Part shown: in pieces, positions 41,828 through 52,568 of the stretch
Layout: each line of letters opens with the position of its first letter
How positions within the stretch are numbered: the first letter of the stretch is position 1
Origin: Clostridia bacterium
GTDB lineage: Bacteria; Bacillota; Clostridia; CAKSNL01; HGM11501
Assembly: GCA_045545475.1 (NCBI GenBank)
Contig: JAZQAZ010000010.1
Location: forward strand, 64,001 to 128,000
Length of the DNA: 64,000 bases
Reading direction: 5' to 3'
Program-made: the position numbers and the translations under genes
The notes under the pieces: model-generated
What the model was told of the DNA's origin: nothing
Databases searched by the model: none
What the model saw: only the letters and a program-made list of their open reading frames with translations

Positions 41828-41945
41828 AACTTCCATTTCGGCATATCTTGAATTAGAGTTTTACCTGCAAAACCGCGTATTTTCATATGTTTTACTAACA
41901 AACAGGCTATTTTTCCGAGATTAACACCTGCCAAAATGGCATATC
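41828..41945. repeat. ~118-bp imperfect direct repeat, copy 2
   Basis: Colinear with 39593-39710. Confidence 0.8.
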
Positions 41946-42039
41946 AAGAACTGCCGATTTGGAATATCAAGAAATACAGATAAAATGATAATTTCTTCAA
42001 TCCTTTATTTTATAAAGGATTATTTTTAACTTGACAATC

Positions 42040-42699
42040 TTATTTATAATTCTTTTTTCCTCGACGCTGATAATCGGCATTTATTTCCTCAGACCAATCC
42101 GCACCAAGTGGAGCACTTGCTCTTACATTGCAAACCGCTTTTGCAACCGACTCATAGAGGATATGTGTGCCTTCACCGTCCGCGTTATAGTTTACCGCTC
42201 TGTCTTTGCCAATACCATAGCGAGCTGCAGTTTCAACAGCATCAATATTTGCACCGATGAACAAAAACTCCCATCCGTACTTTTCTTTCTGCCGCTCAAT
42301 CATTTTCTTAACCTGCTCACTTGTATAACGGTGGCTTGCGTTCTCCTGTCCGTCAGTTGTGATAACGAACATCGTGTGCTCCGGCACGTCCTCGTTACGG
42401 GCATATTTGTGAATGTTTCCAATGTGGTGAATTGCTCCGCCGATGGCATCAATCAAAGCCGTGCAACCGCGAACAGTATAGTCCTTGTCGGTCATCTTGG
42501 GGATGTCGCCGAGCTTCACGCGGTCGTGCAAAACCTCACTCTCATCATCAAAAAGCACAGTGGATACGTAGCAATCTCCGTCCTGCTTCTTCTGCTTTTC
42601 AATCATCGAATTGAAGCCACCGATGGTATCGCTCTCGAGTCCTGCCATAGATCCGCTTCTGTCCAAAATAAATACGAGTTCAGTAATGTTGTTTTTCAT
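42040..42699 (-). CDS. VWA domain protein
   Basis: DRSGSM MIDAS, TAL.DA, TDGQEN. Confidence 0.88.
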   Translation of the reverse strand: MKNNITELVFILDRSGSMAGLESDTIGGFNSMIEKQKKQDGDCYVSTVLFDDESEVLHDRVKLGDIPKMTDKDYTVRGCTALIDAIGGAIHHIGNIHKYARNEDVPEHTMFVITTDGQENASHRYTSEQVKKMIERQKEKYGWEFLFIGANIDAVETAARYGIGKDRAVNYNADGEGTHILYESVAKAVCNVRASAPLGADWSEEINADYQRRGKKNYK

Positions 42700-42778
42700 A
42701 GTATAAAACCTCTCTTTCATTTGATGTCTATATTGTACATCACCAAAAGAGAGGTTGGGTCGCTTCGTATGCGACAAT

Positions 42779-43363
42779 TCAGTTTTCTTCAATTGTTATT
42801 CTCTGATTTATAAATCCACTGATTTTTGCAGTGTTTTCACAATCCAATTCTGTAGTAATGATCTTGTTATCATCGGTCAAAAAGCTGATGCAGATTTTTG
42901 AAAAATTAGCTATATGAACATTAGATAGCTCATCAAAAACAAAAGGAATAATATATATCTTGCTTTCAGTACAAACACAAGATTGATATGCAAAATCATC
43001 ACTAAGATTAACAGTATATGTCTTATTAAGATCAGTGACTACTAATTTGTTTGAGATATAATGAGCAACATGTTTTTTGCTGTCATTGATTGGAACAAAA
43101 ACACCAACAAAGTTCTTAATGTTGAATTGTTGTGTTGCAGATAATCTTAATGCTAAAAACAAAATTGATGACACATTTGTATTCTTCTCGTTATAAATGT
43201 TAGCATTAATACTTATAGACTTACATTCAACTTTCAAATAATCAATAACAGAAGAATACACTTTAATCTTTTTGTCAATTATCAATTTTTGGTTATTGAA
43301 AAATGCTTCAAAAGCTACTTTTGCCACGTCTATTAACACTTTTGTCCCTTCAGATGCACTCAT
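42779..43363 (-). CDS. Hypothetical protein
   Basis: AGGAGG RBS; AT-rich ORF between the macro and VWA genes. Confidence 0.6.
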   Translation of the reverse strand: MSASEGTKVLIDVAKVAFEAFFNNQKLIIDKKIKVYSSVIDYLKVECKSISINANIYNEKNTNVSSILFLALRLSATQQFNIKNFVGVFVPINDSKKHVAHYISNKLVVTDLNKTYTVNLSDDFAYQSCVCTESKIYIIPFVFDELSNVHIANFSKICISFLTDDNKIITTELDCENTAKISGFINQRITIEEN

Positions 43364-43386
43364 GCTTTATGTCCCTCCTGTAAAAA

Positions 43387-44412
43387 TTATGCTCCCAACA
43401 AACTCTGATCAAACGCAAACAGAGTCTCGTTGATTTCAAAAATATTGTAGTTACCTTTGCTGATAAAATACTCGATAATGATATCGAACTTATTGCTGTG
43501 AGATAAAGCAAAGCCCGCCTTACGGAGCATATCATCGGTTTCTGCGAGTGAAAGCTCTAAGGATATTGCAAATGCGAGTGCGGTGGATTTGCTCGGCTTA
43601 TAGTGAACGTCGCTACGGATTTTGGAGAACAACTTACGGTCAATATTCGCCTTTTTGTAGCACTCGGCATCGGTCATACCCTTTTCATCAATCTTACGCA
43701 GAAGCATTTGAGAGAAGCTCTCGTCGATCTTTTTTAGCTTCGCATACAAGTCATCCTCGGCAAGCATAGCCTTACAATCGCACATTTCAAGGAAATCTTC
43801 ATCCGCTTTCTTTCTTCTTGTGCGCGGAGCCATTGACGGCAGTGCGTTCATACGGATACGCTCACGGCTGTAATCAGTATGCTCGTCCACGTAATTGTCG
43901 TCAATGTATTCGGTGATATCCGAGAACAGCTTCTCGCTGATCTTATAGGCAGCCTTATCGAAGATGACGATATAAACCGTAATTTCGTTTTCAAGAAGAA
44001 AGTCGCTTATAATGTCGATAGCAATCTTCAAAGCTTGATCTTTTGGATATCCGTAAACTCCTGATGAGATAAGAGGGAAAGCAACGGTTTCGCATTGATG
44101 CTCCTTCGCAAGAGTTAAAGATTCGTGGTAGCAGGATTCAAGCAACGCCTTTTCCCCGTGTGTTCCGTCGCCATAGATAGGACCGACGGTATGTATTACA
44201 TACTTTGCAGGCAGATTATATCCGCCCGTGATTTTCGCTTTACCCGTCTTGCATCCGCCAAGAGTTCTGCACTCTGCGAGTAATCCGTCACCTGCGGTGC
44301 GATGAATCGCACCGTCAACACCTCCGCCGCCCAAGAGCGACTCGTTGGCAGCATTGACAATGGCATCCACCTTCATTTTTGTTATATCGTTTCTTACAAT
44401 TACTAGTGGCAT
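43387..44412 (-). CDS. Macrodomain protein (YmdB/O-acetyl-ADP-ribose deacetylase-like) with a C-terminal helical/HTH domain
   Basis: [37 protein letters not shown]. Confidence 0.9.
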   Translation of the reverse strand: MPLVIVRNDITKMKVDAIVNAANESLLGGGGVDGAIHRTAGDGLLAECRTLGGCKTGKAKITGGYNLPAKYVIHTVGPIYGDGTHGEKALLESCYHESLTLAKEHQCETVAFPLISSGVYGYPKDQALKIAIDIISDFLLENEITVYIVIFDKAAYKISEKLFSDITEYIDDNYVDEHTDYSRERIRMNALPSMAPRTRRKKADEDFLEMCDCKAMLAEDDLYAKLKKIDESFSQMLLRKIDEKGMTDAECYKKANIDRKLFSKIRSDVHYKPSKSTALAFAISLELSLAETDDMLRKAGFALSHSNKFDIIIEYFISKGNYNIFEINETLFAFDQSLLGA

Positions 44413-44506
44413 AGGTGCACCTCTTTAATTCAACCCATCTTTCCTTACTGCATTATAACGTATTAGTCACATTTTGATGGCACTACTTTCATCAACATTA
44501 AAGTGC

Positions 44507-44713
44507 TCACCGTATCTTCATACGAAGCTCGTGCTCAATGTCTGATATAACTTTCTTGTTGTTTTCCTCTATTGCTTTACTTACTCCAATAACAAGCAAG
44601 TTTACCATTTCATCAATATAATCGTTGTTGATATAGTATTTTAAATCTGGATTTTTGTTAAGCGAATGTCGAATAATCCTCTCAACTTCATAATCTTTTA
44701 GCCCATATTGCAT
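44507..44713 (-). CDS. Small hypothetical protein
   Basis: GAGGG RBS, directly after the upstream stop codon. Confidence 0.5.
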   Translation of the reverse strand: MQYGLKDYEVERIIRHSLNKNPDLKYYINNDYIDEMVNLLVIGVSKAIEENNKKVISDIEHELRMKIR

Positions 44714-44716
44714 AAG

Positions 44717-46144
44717 TTATCCCTCATATTTGATATTTACATATTGAATCAAATCTGTCAGCAATTCGATTACTTTTTTCTGTTGTAAGTCCCATTCTTG
44801 TCTTGCAGACTTTATGTTGATGATTGTTTCATTCTCACGACATTTTTCGTAAAACTTGTCGTCTGCTTGCTTCCACTGTTCATCTGTAACATCTACTTTT
44901 TCTTTTAAACAATCTTTATAAGTTTTAAAAACTTCTTCACCAGAATTATTTAGCGCATGATGAATTATTGAATCGCCTAAATTAATTATACTACATTTAG
45001 TTCCAATGACATCTTGAAGAATATTGTTAGCAAGTTCTGTCATCATTTCATTATTGTTACTTCTTGCTTTTAAATACTTGCCAATCTTTTCAAACAACTT
45101 ATCAACTTCTTGGATTAAAATTTGTGGAGTTTCTAAGTAACGCGTATCTGTCTTTATCCTTCCCCAAACTGCATACTGAGGGAAATTTTGAGATACTCTG
45201 TCTAATGTTTCAAAAAATATCATACTGGGGTATGGATTTGTTGCGAGAACATCGTTTTCTATTTCGCACAATTCATCATACAAAGGTTTGTAGATTAGAT
45301 TTTTTCTTTTAATATGAGTTTGTGCTTTGAGTTGTTTCTTGTTAACATAAATACTGCCTATAAGGGTAAACATACCACCAATAATGGCACCTAATAGTGT
45401 TCCAATAACAGCGATAGTTTCTCCCTTCCAGCTACTGATTTTTTCGATGAAATTGAACTTGCAGAACAAAAATATAATTGCGGCAGTAGCGATCAAGGTA
45501 AAGCATGCGATTATCCATCTTCCATACTTTGCCCAAAACAATTGAACTTTTGGCCTTTTCAAATGACTCACACCTTTCATTATTTTTTGGATCCATTTCC
45601 GAATGTAATTTATAAATCTCTCTTTTAAGGATGGCTTTTTATAGTTTATTTTTTCTATTTCCGTCTGATAGTCTATAATTATCTTTCGTTCCGTTTTCAT
45701 CATCTCATATAAATACATATACGGATGAATTAATGTGGCTGGGAAATTTTCTTCATTTAATGCTCGATTGTAATAATCTTCTCCGTATTTTTCAAGAAGA
45801 TCGTGAATTTCTTTTAATTGATTTTTGTTGCCACGAATCAAATTTAAATTTGACGAAACACCTGCTCGGCAATCGTTTTGCAAAGAACATTGAATATAGT
45901 CTAAAAACAACTCTGCAAAACGAGGATAATATTCAAAATCATTTTTTTCAGTTAGTGAAATCAGTTCTTTTCTAAGTTCAAGTTCAATTTGAAGAAAAGC
46001 TTCTACTGAACCGTTTGAAAATCCTTCTTTAACAAGTAAAGAAGTTTGATGCAGATCTCGCATATCCTTTAGAGTAAACGATTCCGGCATTTTTACATTA
46101 TCAAAACTTCTTTCTTGCAAAGGGGTAGCCACGCAATAGTACAT
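44717..46144 (-). CDS. Hypothetical two-TM protein (start uncertain)
   Basis: Long ORF with two central hydrophobic helices; possible internal RBS+TTG near 45562. Confidence 0.55.
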   Translation of the reverse strand: MYYCVATPLQERSFDNVKMPESFTLKDMRDLHQTSLLVKEGFSNGSVEAFLQIELELRKELISLTEKNDFEYYPRFAELFLDYIQCSLQNDCRAGVSSNLNLIRGNKNQLKEIHDLLEKYGEDYYNRALNEENFPATLIHPYMYLYEMMKTERKIIIDYQTEIEKINYKKPSLKERFINYIRKWIQKIMKGVSHLKRPKVQLFWAKYGRWIIACFTLIATAAIIFLFCKFNFIEKISSWKGETIAVIGTLLGAIIGGMFTLIGSIYVNKKQLKAQTHIKRKNLIYKPLYDELCEIENDVLATNPYPSMIFFETLDRVSQNFPQYAVWGRIKTDTRYLETPQILIQEVDKLFEKIGKYLKARSNNNEMMTELANNILQDVIGTKCSIINLGDSIIHHALNNSGEEVFKTYKDCLKEKVDVTDEQWKQADDKFYEKCRENETIINIKSARQEWDLQQKKVIELLTDLIQYVNIKYEG

Positions 46145-47966
46145 CGTTATATGTTCTCAAAATACGACCGCGTCTTTGAACAAATTCTCTGTAATCATCA
46201 TTGCTGGAAAGTATAAGGGCACTCTTGATTGAAGGAATGTTGATACCTTCGTCAAGACATCGAATAGCCGCCAAAGCCGATATCTCGCCTTTATTAAAAG
46301 CATCGACTAATTGCATTCTGTCATCCATATTTTCCTGAGCTGTAAATTGACTGGATTTATATCCATGTGCTGAAAGAACTCGTTTTACAGATTGGATGTG
46401 TCGTAATTCTTCACCCGTGTTGTTATCAAACAATCGACCATCACCGCAGTAGACTACAAAATGATCCTTTTCTTGAATCTGAGATACTATATAATCTATT
46501 TTCTCTTGTTTTTCGTCCGCCATAGAAATAACACGCAGTCTATTTCTCAAAGACTTCACCAGCTGGTCTGGGTTTATACATACACTGTTTTTAAAACATG
46601 ACAGTATTTTATGAGTGTGATATTGAAATTTGTTTTCATCCTCTTCGCTTGCGTGTACATATATAGGGTGATAGTAATATGGAACAAGGAATTTGCGTTC
46701 AAGAGCTTCTTCAATTGGTAAGCTAAATACTTGTCCACCGAAGAATTCCATTAACTCCTTTCCTCGTTGAGCCGATGTACCGCTGAATGGAGTGGCACTT
46801 AATCCAAGCATATATTTGAATTGTGTATGCATATCTTCAGAACGGTCAGTAAAGCGATGTGCTTCGTCTACAATTAAGAGTTTATCTTCAGTTGATTTTC
46901 CCAAAGTGTTTGTAAACCTTGGCATTTTGAAAGATGCGATTGTTGAAATAATAATTGTTTGTGCTTTTGAATCATATTTCTTTCTGATAATTTCTTGGGA
47001 CATTTGTTGTTCCCACTTTGGATTTTCAGAAGAAACCAATATAATCTTGGCATCTTCGAATGCTTTTTCGACATCTTCTGCCCATTGTTTTACTAAATGC
47101 TTATATGGTGCACATATAACAATCATAGCAGGGTGCGTTTTAAGAAGTTCTTTTGCAGAATAAATTGCGGTCCATGTTTTACCTGTACCGGTAGCCATAA
47201 CATAAAAACCATGATAATCGTTTTCTACCCACGCTGCAATTGCTTGTTTCTGATAATCTCTTAATTCTATAGGAGATTTCGCAGAAACAGATGTAGCACG
47301 TGTCTCTATCATCTGTAAAATGTTAGATTGGGCACTTTCTTTGTAATCATAAACTTTTACAAATTTATTAGTGCCATTCCAAAGAGATTCAAATTCTTCT
47401 TGCTCATCGGCAATATTAGCACATTCTTCAGGAATCCAGTTTTTTACAACACGTATTTTTTCATAGTTGTTTTGATACCCACTTAAAGTAGAGTTTGCAG
47501 AACCGTAGAAAACCACAACATTCCCATCAAAATCCTCAAGAATACCAAGCTTATCATGATATATTCCGAGAGTATCAGTTACAGCAATCTTGATATCAAG
47601 AATTCCACGTGCAATTAAGGTAGCAAGTAATTGTAATTTGGCATCATCAAATACTTCTATTTCTTTCATAAAATCACGAGTAAAGGATGACTTTATAACC
47701 TTCTCTCTTGCTTCATATCCGGTAGTGATTGCCTGAACATCTTCTTCGGTAAGATTCGGACTTGCAATTAATTGTATCTTGCCATTGTTTCTCGCCAATG
47801 CAACTATTCCATCCACAATGGGCTGTAAAACCGACGAGGAGAAAAAACCTACACTTCGTTTATAATTTTTGGTACATTTTAAAACAGGAGTCAAAAAAGC
47901 TTTGGCTATATTTTCTTGACCCACACTTACATAACTTCGTTTAATATCTAATTCCCGGTAATTCAT
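46101..47966 (-). CDS. PLD-like + SF2 DEAH (ResIII-type) helicase resembling Dnd-associated restriction helicases; possibly C-terminally truncated
   Basis: YHDK...D...GSAN PLD-like motif, MATGTGKT, DEAH, LSATP, QRRGRILR. Confidence 0.82.
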   Translation of the reverse strand: MNYRELDIKRSYVSVGQENIAKAFLTPVLKCTKNYKRSVGFFSSSVLQPIVDGIVALARNNGKIQLIASPNLTEEDVQAITTGYEAREKVIKSSFTRDFMKEIEVFDDAKLQLLATLIARGILDIKIAVTDTLGIYHDKLGILEDFDGNVVVFYGSANSTLSGYQNNYEKIRVVKNWIPEECANIADEQEEFESLWNGTNKFVKVYDYKESAQSNILQMIETRATSVSAKSPIELRDYQKQAIAAWVENDYHGFYVMATGTGKTWTAIYSAKELLKTHPAMIVICAPYKHLVKQWAEDVEKAFEDAKIILVSSENPKWEQQMSQEIIRKKYDSKAQTIIISTIASFKMPRFTNTLGKSTEDKLLIVDEAHRFTDRSEDMHTQFKYMLGLSATPFSGTSAQRGKELMEFFGGQVFSLPIEEALERKFLVPYYYHPIYVHASEEDENKFQYHTHKILSCFKNSVCINPDQLVKSLRNRLRVISMADEKQEKIDYIVSQIQEKDHFVVYCGDGRLFDNNTGEELRHIQSVKRVLSAHGYKSSQFTAQENMDDRMQLVDAFNKGEISALAAIRCLDEGINIPSIKSALILSSNDDYREFVQRRGRILRTYNDVLLRGYPFARKKF

Positions 47967-50683
47967 ATCAAATCCTCATCTAAGTCTAATTCAATATAAT
48001 CCGATATCAAATCGTCTATATTGTCCAAATCATCTGCCTGTGTAATTGTCGCAGTCGTATCTACAGAAACACCTTGATATCTCTGTGTATCCAACTTTCC
48101 ACTTGGAGCAATTATAGGAACAGACAACTTAAACTGATTCGATGTTGTTCCAACCACTAAAGAATTGCTCCATTTGTTAACCACGCTGTAAATTAGCCAT
48201 TCCGTCCATGGTACATTGATTTTGGGAAGATTATATATGCACTCAAGTGATGTTACAAGCACCGTATCAGTAACTTCGCTTTCCAAAATAGATATTACAT
48301 CATTGGCAACATCATCATTTATTCCGATATGCTCAATAGTAGCAAATGTATTTCTATTCACAAGAAGATGGGTGTCGTTGAAATTATTAAGCAATTCAAG
48401 TATAGAATAAATCTCGTAATGGTTTTCTTTTGCAAAAGAGGTGATTTCGGATATTGCTATTTCTTCGCTATTTATTATTAAATCTTGTAACTGTTCTTCG
48501 GGATCTCCAATTTCGACACCAATATTTGCAACAAAAGGTCTCTTGAATTGATATTGTTCCCTAAACAGATACTCGAGCACCGAGAATAAACTGGTAGGAA
48601 AATGTATAAAAAGCTTATGTAAAAGATCTGAATCGTCGTGTGCTATATAGTCATACAATTCTTTGTAATGTTTTACTTTGTCATCCGAAACAAACTTTTT
48701 TAAAACTCTTGCAAAATACATTTTGTCTGAATCCGAAAGGTTCAACATACTACCGTGAATATATTTACCAAAGAGATTAATGATGTTTGTGTCATCTGTA
48801 GCAAAAGATATAACTATTTCCGTTACACCGGGAAAAGCTCTCTTGATATCTTCTTTCGTAATGGGATAAGAGAACTGTTTAATATATTGAATAATCTCGA
48901 CATACACAGAGGTAACAGATTCGTCTTTTGATATATAATCTCGCCTGAATACGAACTCAGAACCATATAACTCACGCAATATACCCTGTAAATAGTATTT
49001 ATTGTCAATGCCGAATTTGAGTAATTCATCTTCGAAAACACTAAACAAGGTATTGGTCATAAAAATTACAGAAGAACTCTCAACAATATATCGGTGTATT
49101 TTTTCTGCCAGTTCTTTCGAGATATATGATTCTTTCTTGGGACGATATTTACCCCTGCCGCAAAGAATACCTATATCAGAAAGACGCGCAGATATTGCTC
49201 GGCTCTTTTCGGGAAGATTCTTGCATCCATACTCTTCAACTGCAACATATCTGAATACTTGGAGCTCTTTCTCATTATAAATGTCAATTCCATTTGGATA
49301 ATATTTTTCTAGTATTTCAGTATAAATAGCGGTCAGAGAAAGGTGTGAACGATGATATGTAGAGCCGTCCTTTTGGAATTCTTCACATAAAGCTTTTTCT
49401 AATAATTCTCTCGGAATATTTTGTTCTTCAACAGCTTCTGATATAATAGCTTCATATTTCTTTTCATCAAAAGAATCCGGCAAAGATTCAACAATTCTTC
49501 CTATGACAGCAGAGATGGATTCATCACCCATAACAAAAACATCGAGTTGAGAATCATAATAGTAGGAGGGACTGTCAGAAGTACGAAGCAAAAAGACCAT
49601 TTCAGAATATTTATCATCAAAATATTCACTTAGTTCTGATGCAGAAAGAACAGTATCTCCGTTACGTTCCGCAGAAATCTTGGATAGAATATGAGCCTTA
49701 CCCTGCCAAAAATTAAAGATTCTTTTAGCTTTTGCCTCAATTTGACGAACTCTTTCACGCGTGACACCCATTTTGTCGCCGACGCTACCCAACGTTTCTC
49801 CGGAGGCTCGTCCTAAAATAACAGATTTAATACTTTTGGATTTACCATAAAGCGTTTGAAACAAATCCTCAATTTCTTCTTTTATGTCAAATGTGCACCA
49901 TTTAAAAAAATTCAATAATAAGGCAAAATCTGTTACAGACTCTGAAACCTTTTCAGAAACAAAACTATTTATAGTAGCAGTTGGATTGTTCTCTAAGCCA
50001 TAAATATCATAAAGAATTTTGCGTTGTTCATCATCGTTTGTAAAAGCGTTGATGTATCCGGAAACACTGTTTTTCCTTCGCCATACTGGTATAACCGCAA
50101 GATACTCATTAATTTTATTAATCCTGCATTCACGTTCATGTTGATCTTTTATAAGTGGCTTGAGAAGTTCCAACAACGGAAGAATATCGTTCGGAGAGTT
50201 ATAGCAGGCGCGTGCCAAATCAGCACCCAATACTTCAACTGCACTTTTGTATTTTTCAACAATAATCAATTCTTCTGTTGAAATATTCAATTCTTCGCAA
50301 AAAGAAAAATCCTGATTTAGTATGTTTTCAATATTGCTGGATATGATTTCGGGAATATAATTTGCAACTTTTTGTTTTTCATTCGTAGGGTTTAATTCGG
50401 TGGTTTTATTGGAAAGTTCTGACAAGTATTTACAAGTTTCATCATAACACTTTTTACCTGCACCACGAAGTTTGATAAACTCATCAACTTTCATTCTGTA
50501 AAGATCTGCTATGGTATTTACGCCACTATGCATCAATAGATTTGTTACACGAACGGAAATAGGAAGAGATTGTACACTCACATCCTCAACGCTCGACAGA
50601 TCAACTGGGTAAAGATCCCAGAAAGTTGTATCTGATATTAAATTGTCGGCAGTCTTTTTTGAGGTTTTGAGATTTTCTATCAT
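47963..50683 (-). CDS. Large protein with RNAP alpha-CTD-like and sigma70 region-4-like domains
   Basis: ISVRVTNLL..GVNTIADL..LRGAGKK (alpha-CTD-like); TL..VG..MGVTRERVRQIE (sigma R4 HTH). Confidence 0.75.
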   Translation of the reverse strand: MIENLKTSKKTADNLISDTTFWDLYPVDLSSVEDVSVQSLPISVRVTNLLMHSGVNTIADLYRMKVDEFIKLRGAGKKCYDETCKYLSELSNKTTELNPTNEKQKVANYIPEIISSNIENILNQDFSFCEELNISTEELIIVEKYKSAVEVLGADLARACYNSPNDILPLLELLKPLIKDQHERECRINKINEYLAVIPVWRRKNSVSGYINAFTNDDEQRKILYDIYGLENNPTATINSFVSEKVSESVTDFALLLNFFKWCTFDIKEEIEDLFQTLYGKSKSIKSVILGRASGETLGSVGDKMGVTRERVRQIEAKAKRIFNFWQGKAHILSKISAERNGDTVLSASELSEYFDDKYSEMVFLLRTSDSPSYYYDSQLDVFVMGDESISAVIGRIVESLPDSFDEKKYEAIISEAVEEQNIPRELLEKALCEEFQKDGSTYHRSHLSLTAIYTEILEKYYPNGIDIYNEKELQVFRYVAVEEYGCKNLPEKSRAISARLSDIGILCGRGKYRPKKESYISKELAEKIHRYIVESSSVIFMTNTLFSVFEDELLKFGIDNKYYLQGILRELYGSEFVFRRDYISKDESVTSVYVEIIQYIKQFSYPITKEDIKRAFPGVTEIVISFATDDTNIINLFGKYIHGSMLNLSDSDKMYFARVLKKFVSDDKVKHYKELYDYIAHDDSDLLHKLFIHFPTSLFSVLEYLFREQYQFKRPFVANIGVEIGDPEEQLQDLIINSEEIAISEITSFAKENHYEIYSILELLNNFNDTHLLVNRNTFATIEHIGINDDVANDVISILESEVTDTVLVTSLECIYNLPKINVPWTEWLIYSVVNKWSNSLVVGTTSNQFKLSVPIIAPSGKLDTQRYQGVSVDTTATITQADDLDNIDDLISDYIELDLDEDLI

Positions 50684-50784
50684 TATGAATCTTCCTTAAA
50701 ATTGAGTACTTGACTTAAATTATACCACACTTATTGTCAATTATCAAGCGTGGCTGTCGATAAATGTCTACTTATGCGAGTAAG

Positions 50785-52566
50785 TTATTTACAAAGATCT
50801 ATATATGCTTTACGTACAATTTGAGCCATTAATTGACGGCGCTTTTCAAGAAATTCAAGATATTCCATATTTTCAAAGTTTTCAGGCAAAGCGTTTTGTT
50901 CGCACGCTTTTTTATAACCTTCATCTCCGAGTTTTTGACGATAAACATTTACATACTCAGCAGGAGGCTTGTCAGAAATATCAATATTGGTGGCATAGTC
51001 CAAGTATGTAAAGTTAGCAAGTTGATTACGATCACGGTCATTAGTATAACCAATCTGTTCCAAATGGTGTTTCGGGAATATGTGATGCTTATCAATAGCA
51101 TTTTTCGTTCCGCTTGATCCGATAATAAAATATTTAGAAACAGGGGTATTACTGAACAACATCGGGTTGTTCAAAACGATTTGTGCAGCTATATAACCGT
51201 TCCAAGCGGGAGAAATTGCGGCAGCACTGTTAAGTTCACTGGGAAGGGTGAGATTGAAGTAATCGTCAGTAAATCTTGTAGAAATAACTCTGTCTATATA
51301 TGCAATAAATTCTTCAGCAGAATTAACATCTCTTAAATCAGCAAACTGATTTTCAACTTCACTTTCTGTAGAACCGGTGTAAAAATATGTAATGGTGCTC
51401 ATAAAGAACCATTTGCTAATACATTTTCTTAAGTTGATTGCGTCAAGTTTGTAATCATATTTAGCTATAAGATACAGCACATAAGAGAAAACAACAGCGT
51501 TAGAAGACGCAATAAGTTTGTTGCTAATATAGCCGGCTTCTCCGACAATGTTGATAAATCCGTGCCAATTATTAAGATTCATAACTTTGTCCAAAGCATC
51601 CTTAAATTTGTCGAGGTTAGCTTGACGTTCTTCTGCAGAAAATTTTCCTGTTTTAAGATTTTTACCACGCAACAGCATATACGCATAACGTAATCTTGCA
51701 CGTCTGAAACCAACACCTACCGCCATTCGAATCAAATGGGAGGGTTCAACTGCTAACAGCGTATTATAAGAAGTATTTTCTGCCGGAATTCTTGATTTTT
51801 CGGAAAACTCGTTTATTCTATCACTCGTTTCATTTTCGTAAACAGAAATCAATGTTTGAATAAAGTTGTTTTCTGTTAATTTCTGACCTCCGGAGTTTAC
51901 TCTTACAAAAATATCAGCAACAGCTTCTTCGTCAGCATTATATTGAATTTCCAGAGTTGGAAGTGAAAAATCTGAAAGATTGAGCAATGCATTTATGTTG
52001 TTTTCTACAGTAATTTCTTCGTCTTCGGTCAGTTCTGGAAGATTCTTTTTCGCTCTACCTTCATTAGCTTCTTTAATGAATTTTCGGCGAAGCGAAATAA
52101 TGTTGTTTTCTTCTTTTGCAAGAAATACCTCACTTATTCGAGAAATCCATTCTGTATCTCGCTCATATGCTGGAGTCCACACTGCAAATTCTCGTGTTAA
52201 AGGGTTGAACGATATTTTTATTTCTTTGTCCGCAAAATTTTTATCTTTGACAACAACCCCATACATTGCAGCAACAAGAGCGGTCAACCGTTGTTGGCCA
52301 TCTATAACTAATTCTTTAGGTTCGTCATGAATTTTTTCGTTTTTACCGATAACATTTTTCTTTGTTTCATAATCAGCCGGCGATTCCCAAATCATAACAT
52401 ATCCGATAGGGTAACCCTTCATCATAGAATCAAAAAGATCTCTTACTTTATTATCTGCCCACACAAAAGGTCTTTGTAAGTCCGGCAAACCTATTCTGCC
52501 TATTCGTACTCCTCTGACCAAGTCATCAACTTTACTAGGTATATTTTTGAATAATTCCGCACCCAT
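50785..52566 (-). CDS. DUF262 (GmrSD-like) protein with a C-terminal HNH-like motif
   Basis: PDLQRPFVW, IDGQQRLT, IFVRVNSGG; HHIFP...ANF..N. Confidence 0.85.
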   Translation of the reverse strand: MGAELFKNIPSKVDDLVRGVRIGRIGLPDLQRPFVWADNKVRDLFDSMMKGYPIGYVMIWESPADYETKKNVIGKNEKIHDEPKELVIDGQQRLTALVAAMYGVVVKDKNFADKEIKISFNPLTREFAVWTPAYERDTEWISRISEVFLAKEENNIISLRRKFIKEANEGRAKKNLPELTEDEEITVENNINALLNLSDFSLPTLEIQYNADEEAVADIFVRVNSGGQKLTENNFIQTLISVYENETSDRINEFSEKSRIPAENTSYNTLLAVEPSHLIRMAVGVGFRRARLRYAYMLLRGKNLKTGKFSAEERQANLDKFKDALDKVMNLNNWHGFINIVGEAGYISNKLIASSNAVVFSYVLYLIAKYDYKLDAINLRKCISKWFFMSTITYFYTGSTESEVENQFADLRDVNSAEEFIAYIDRVISTRFTDDYFNLTLPSELNSAAAISPAWNGYIAAQIVLNNPMLFSNTPVSKYFIIGSSGTKNAIDKHHIFPKHHLEQIGYTNDRDRNQLANFTYLDYATNIDISDKPPAEYVNVYRQKLGDEGYKKACEQNALPENFENMEYLEFLEKRRQLMAQIVRKAYIDLCK

Positions 52567-52568
52567 TT

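Noticed and set aside
42031-42813. 260-aa plus-strand ORF
   Set aside because: Antisense shadow of the VWA gene
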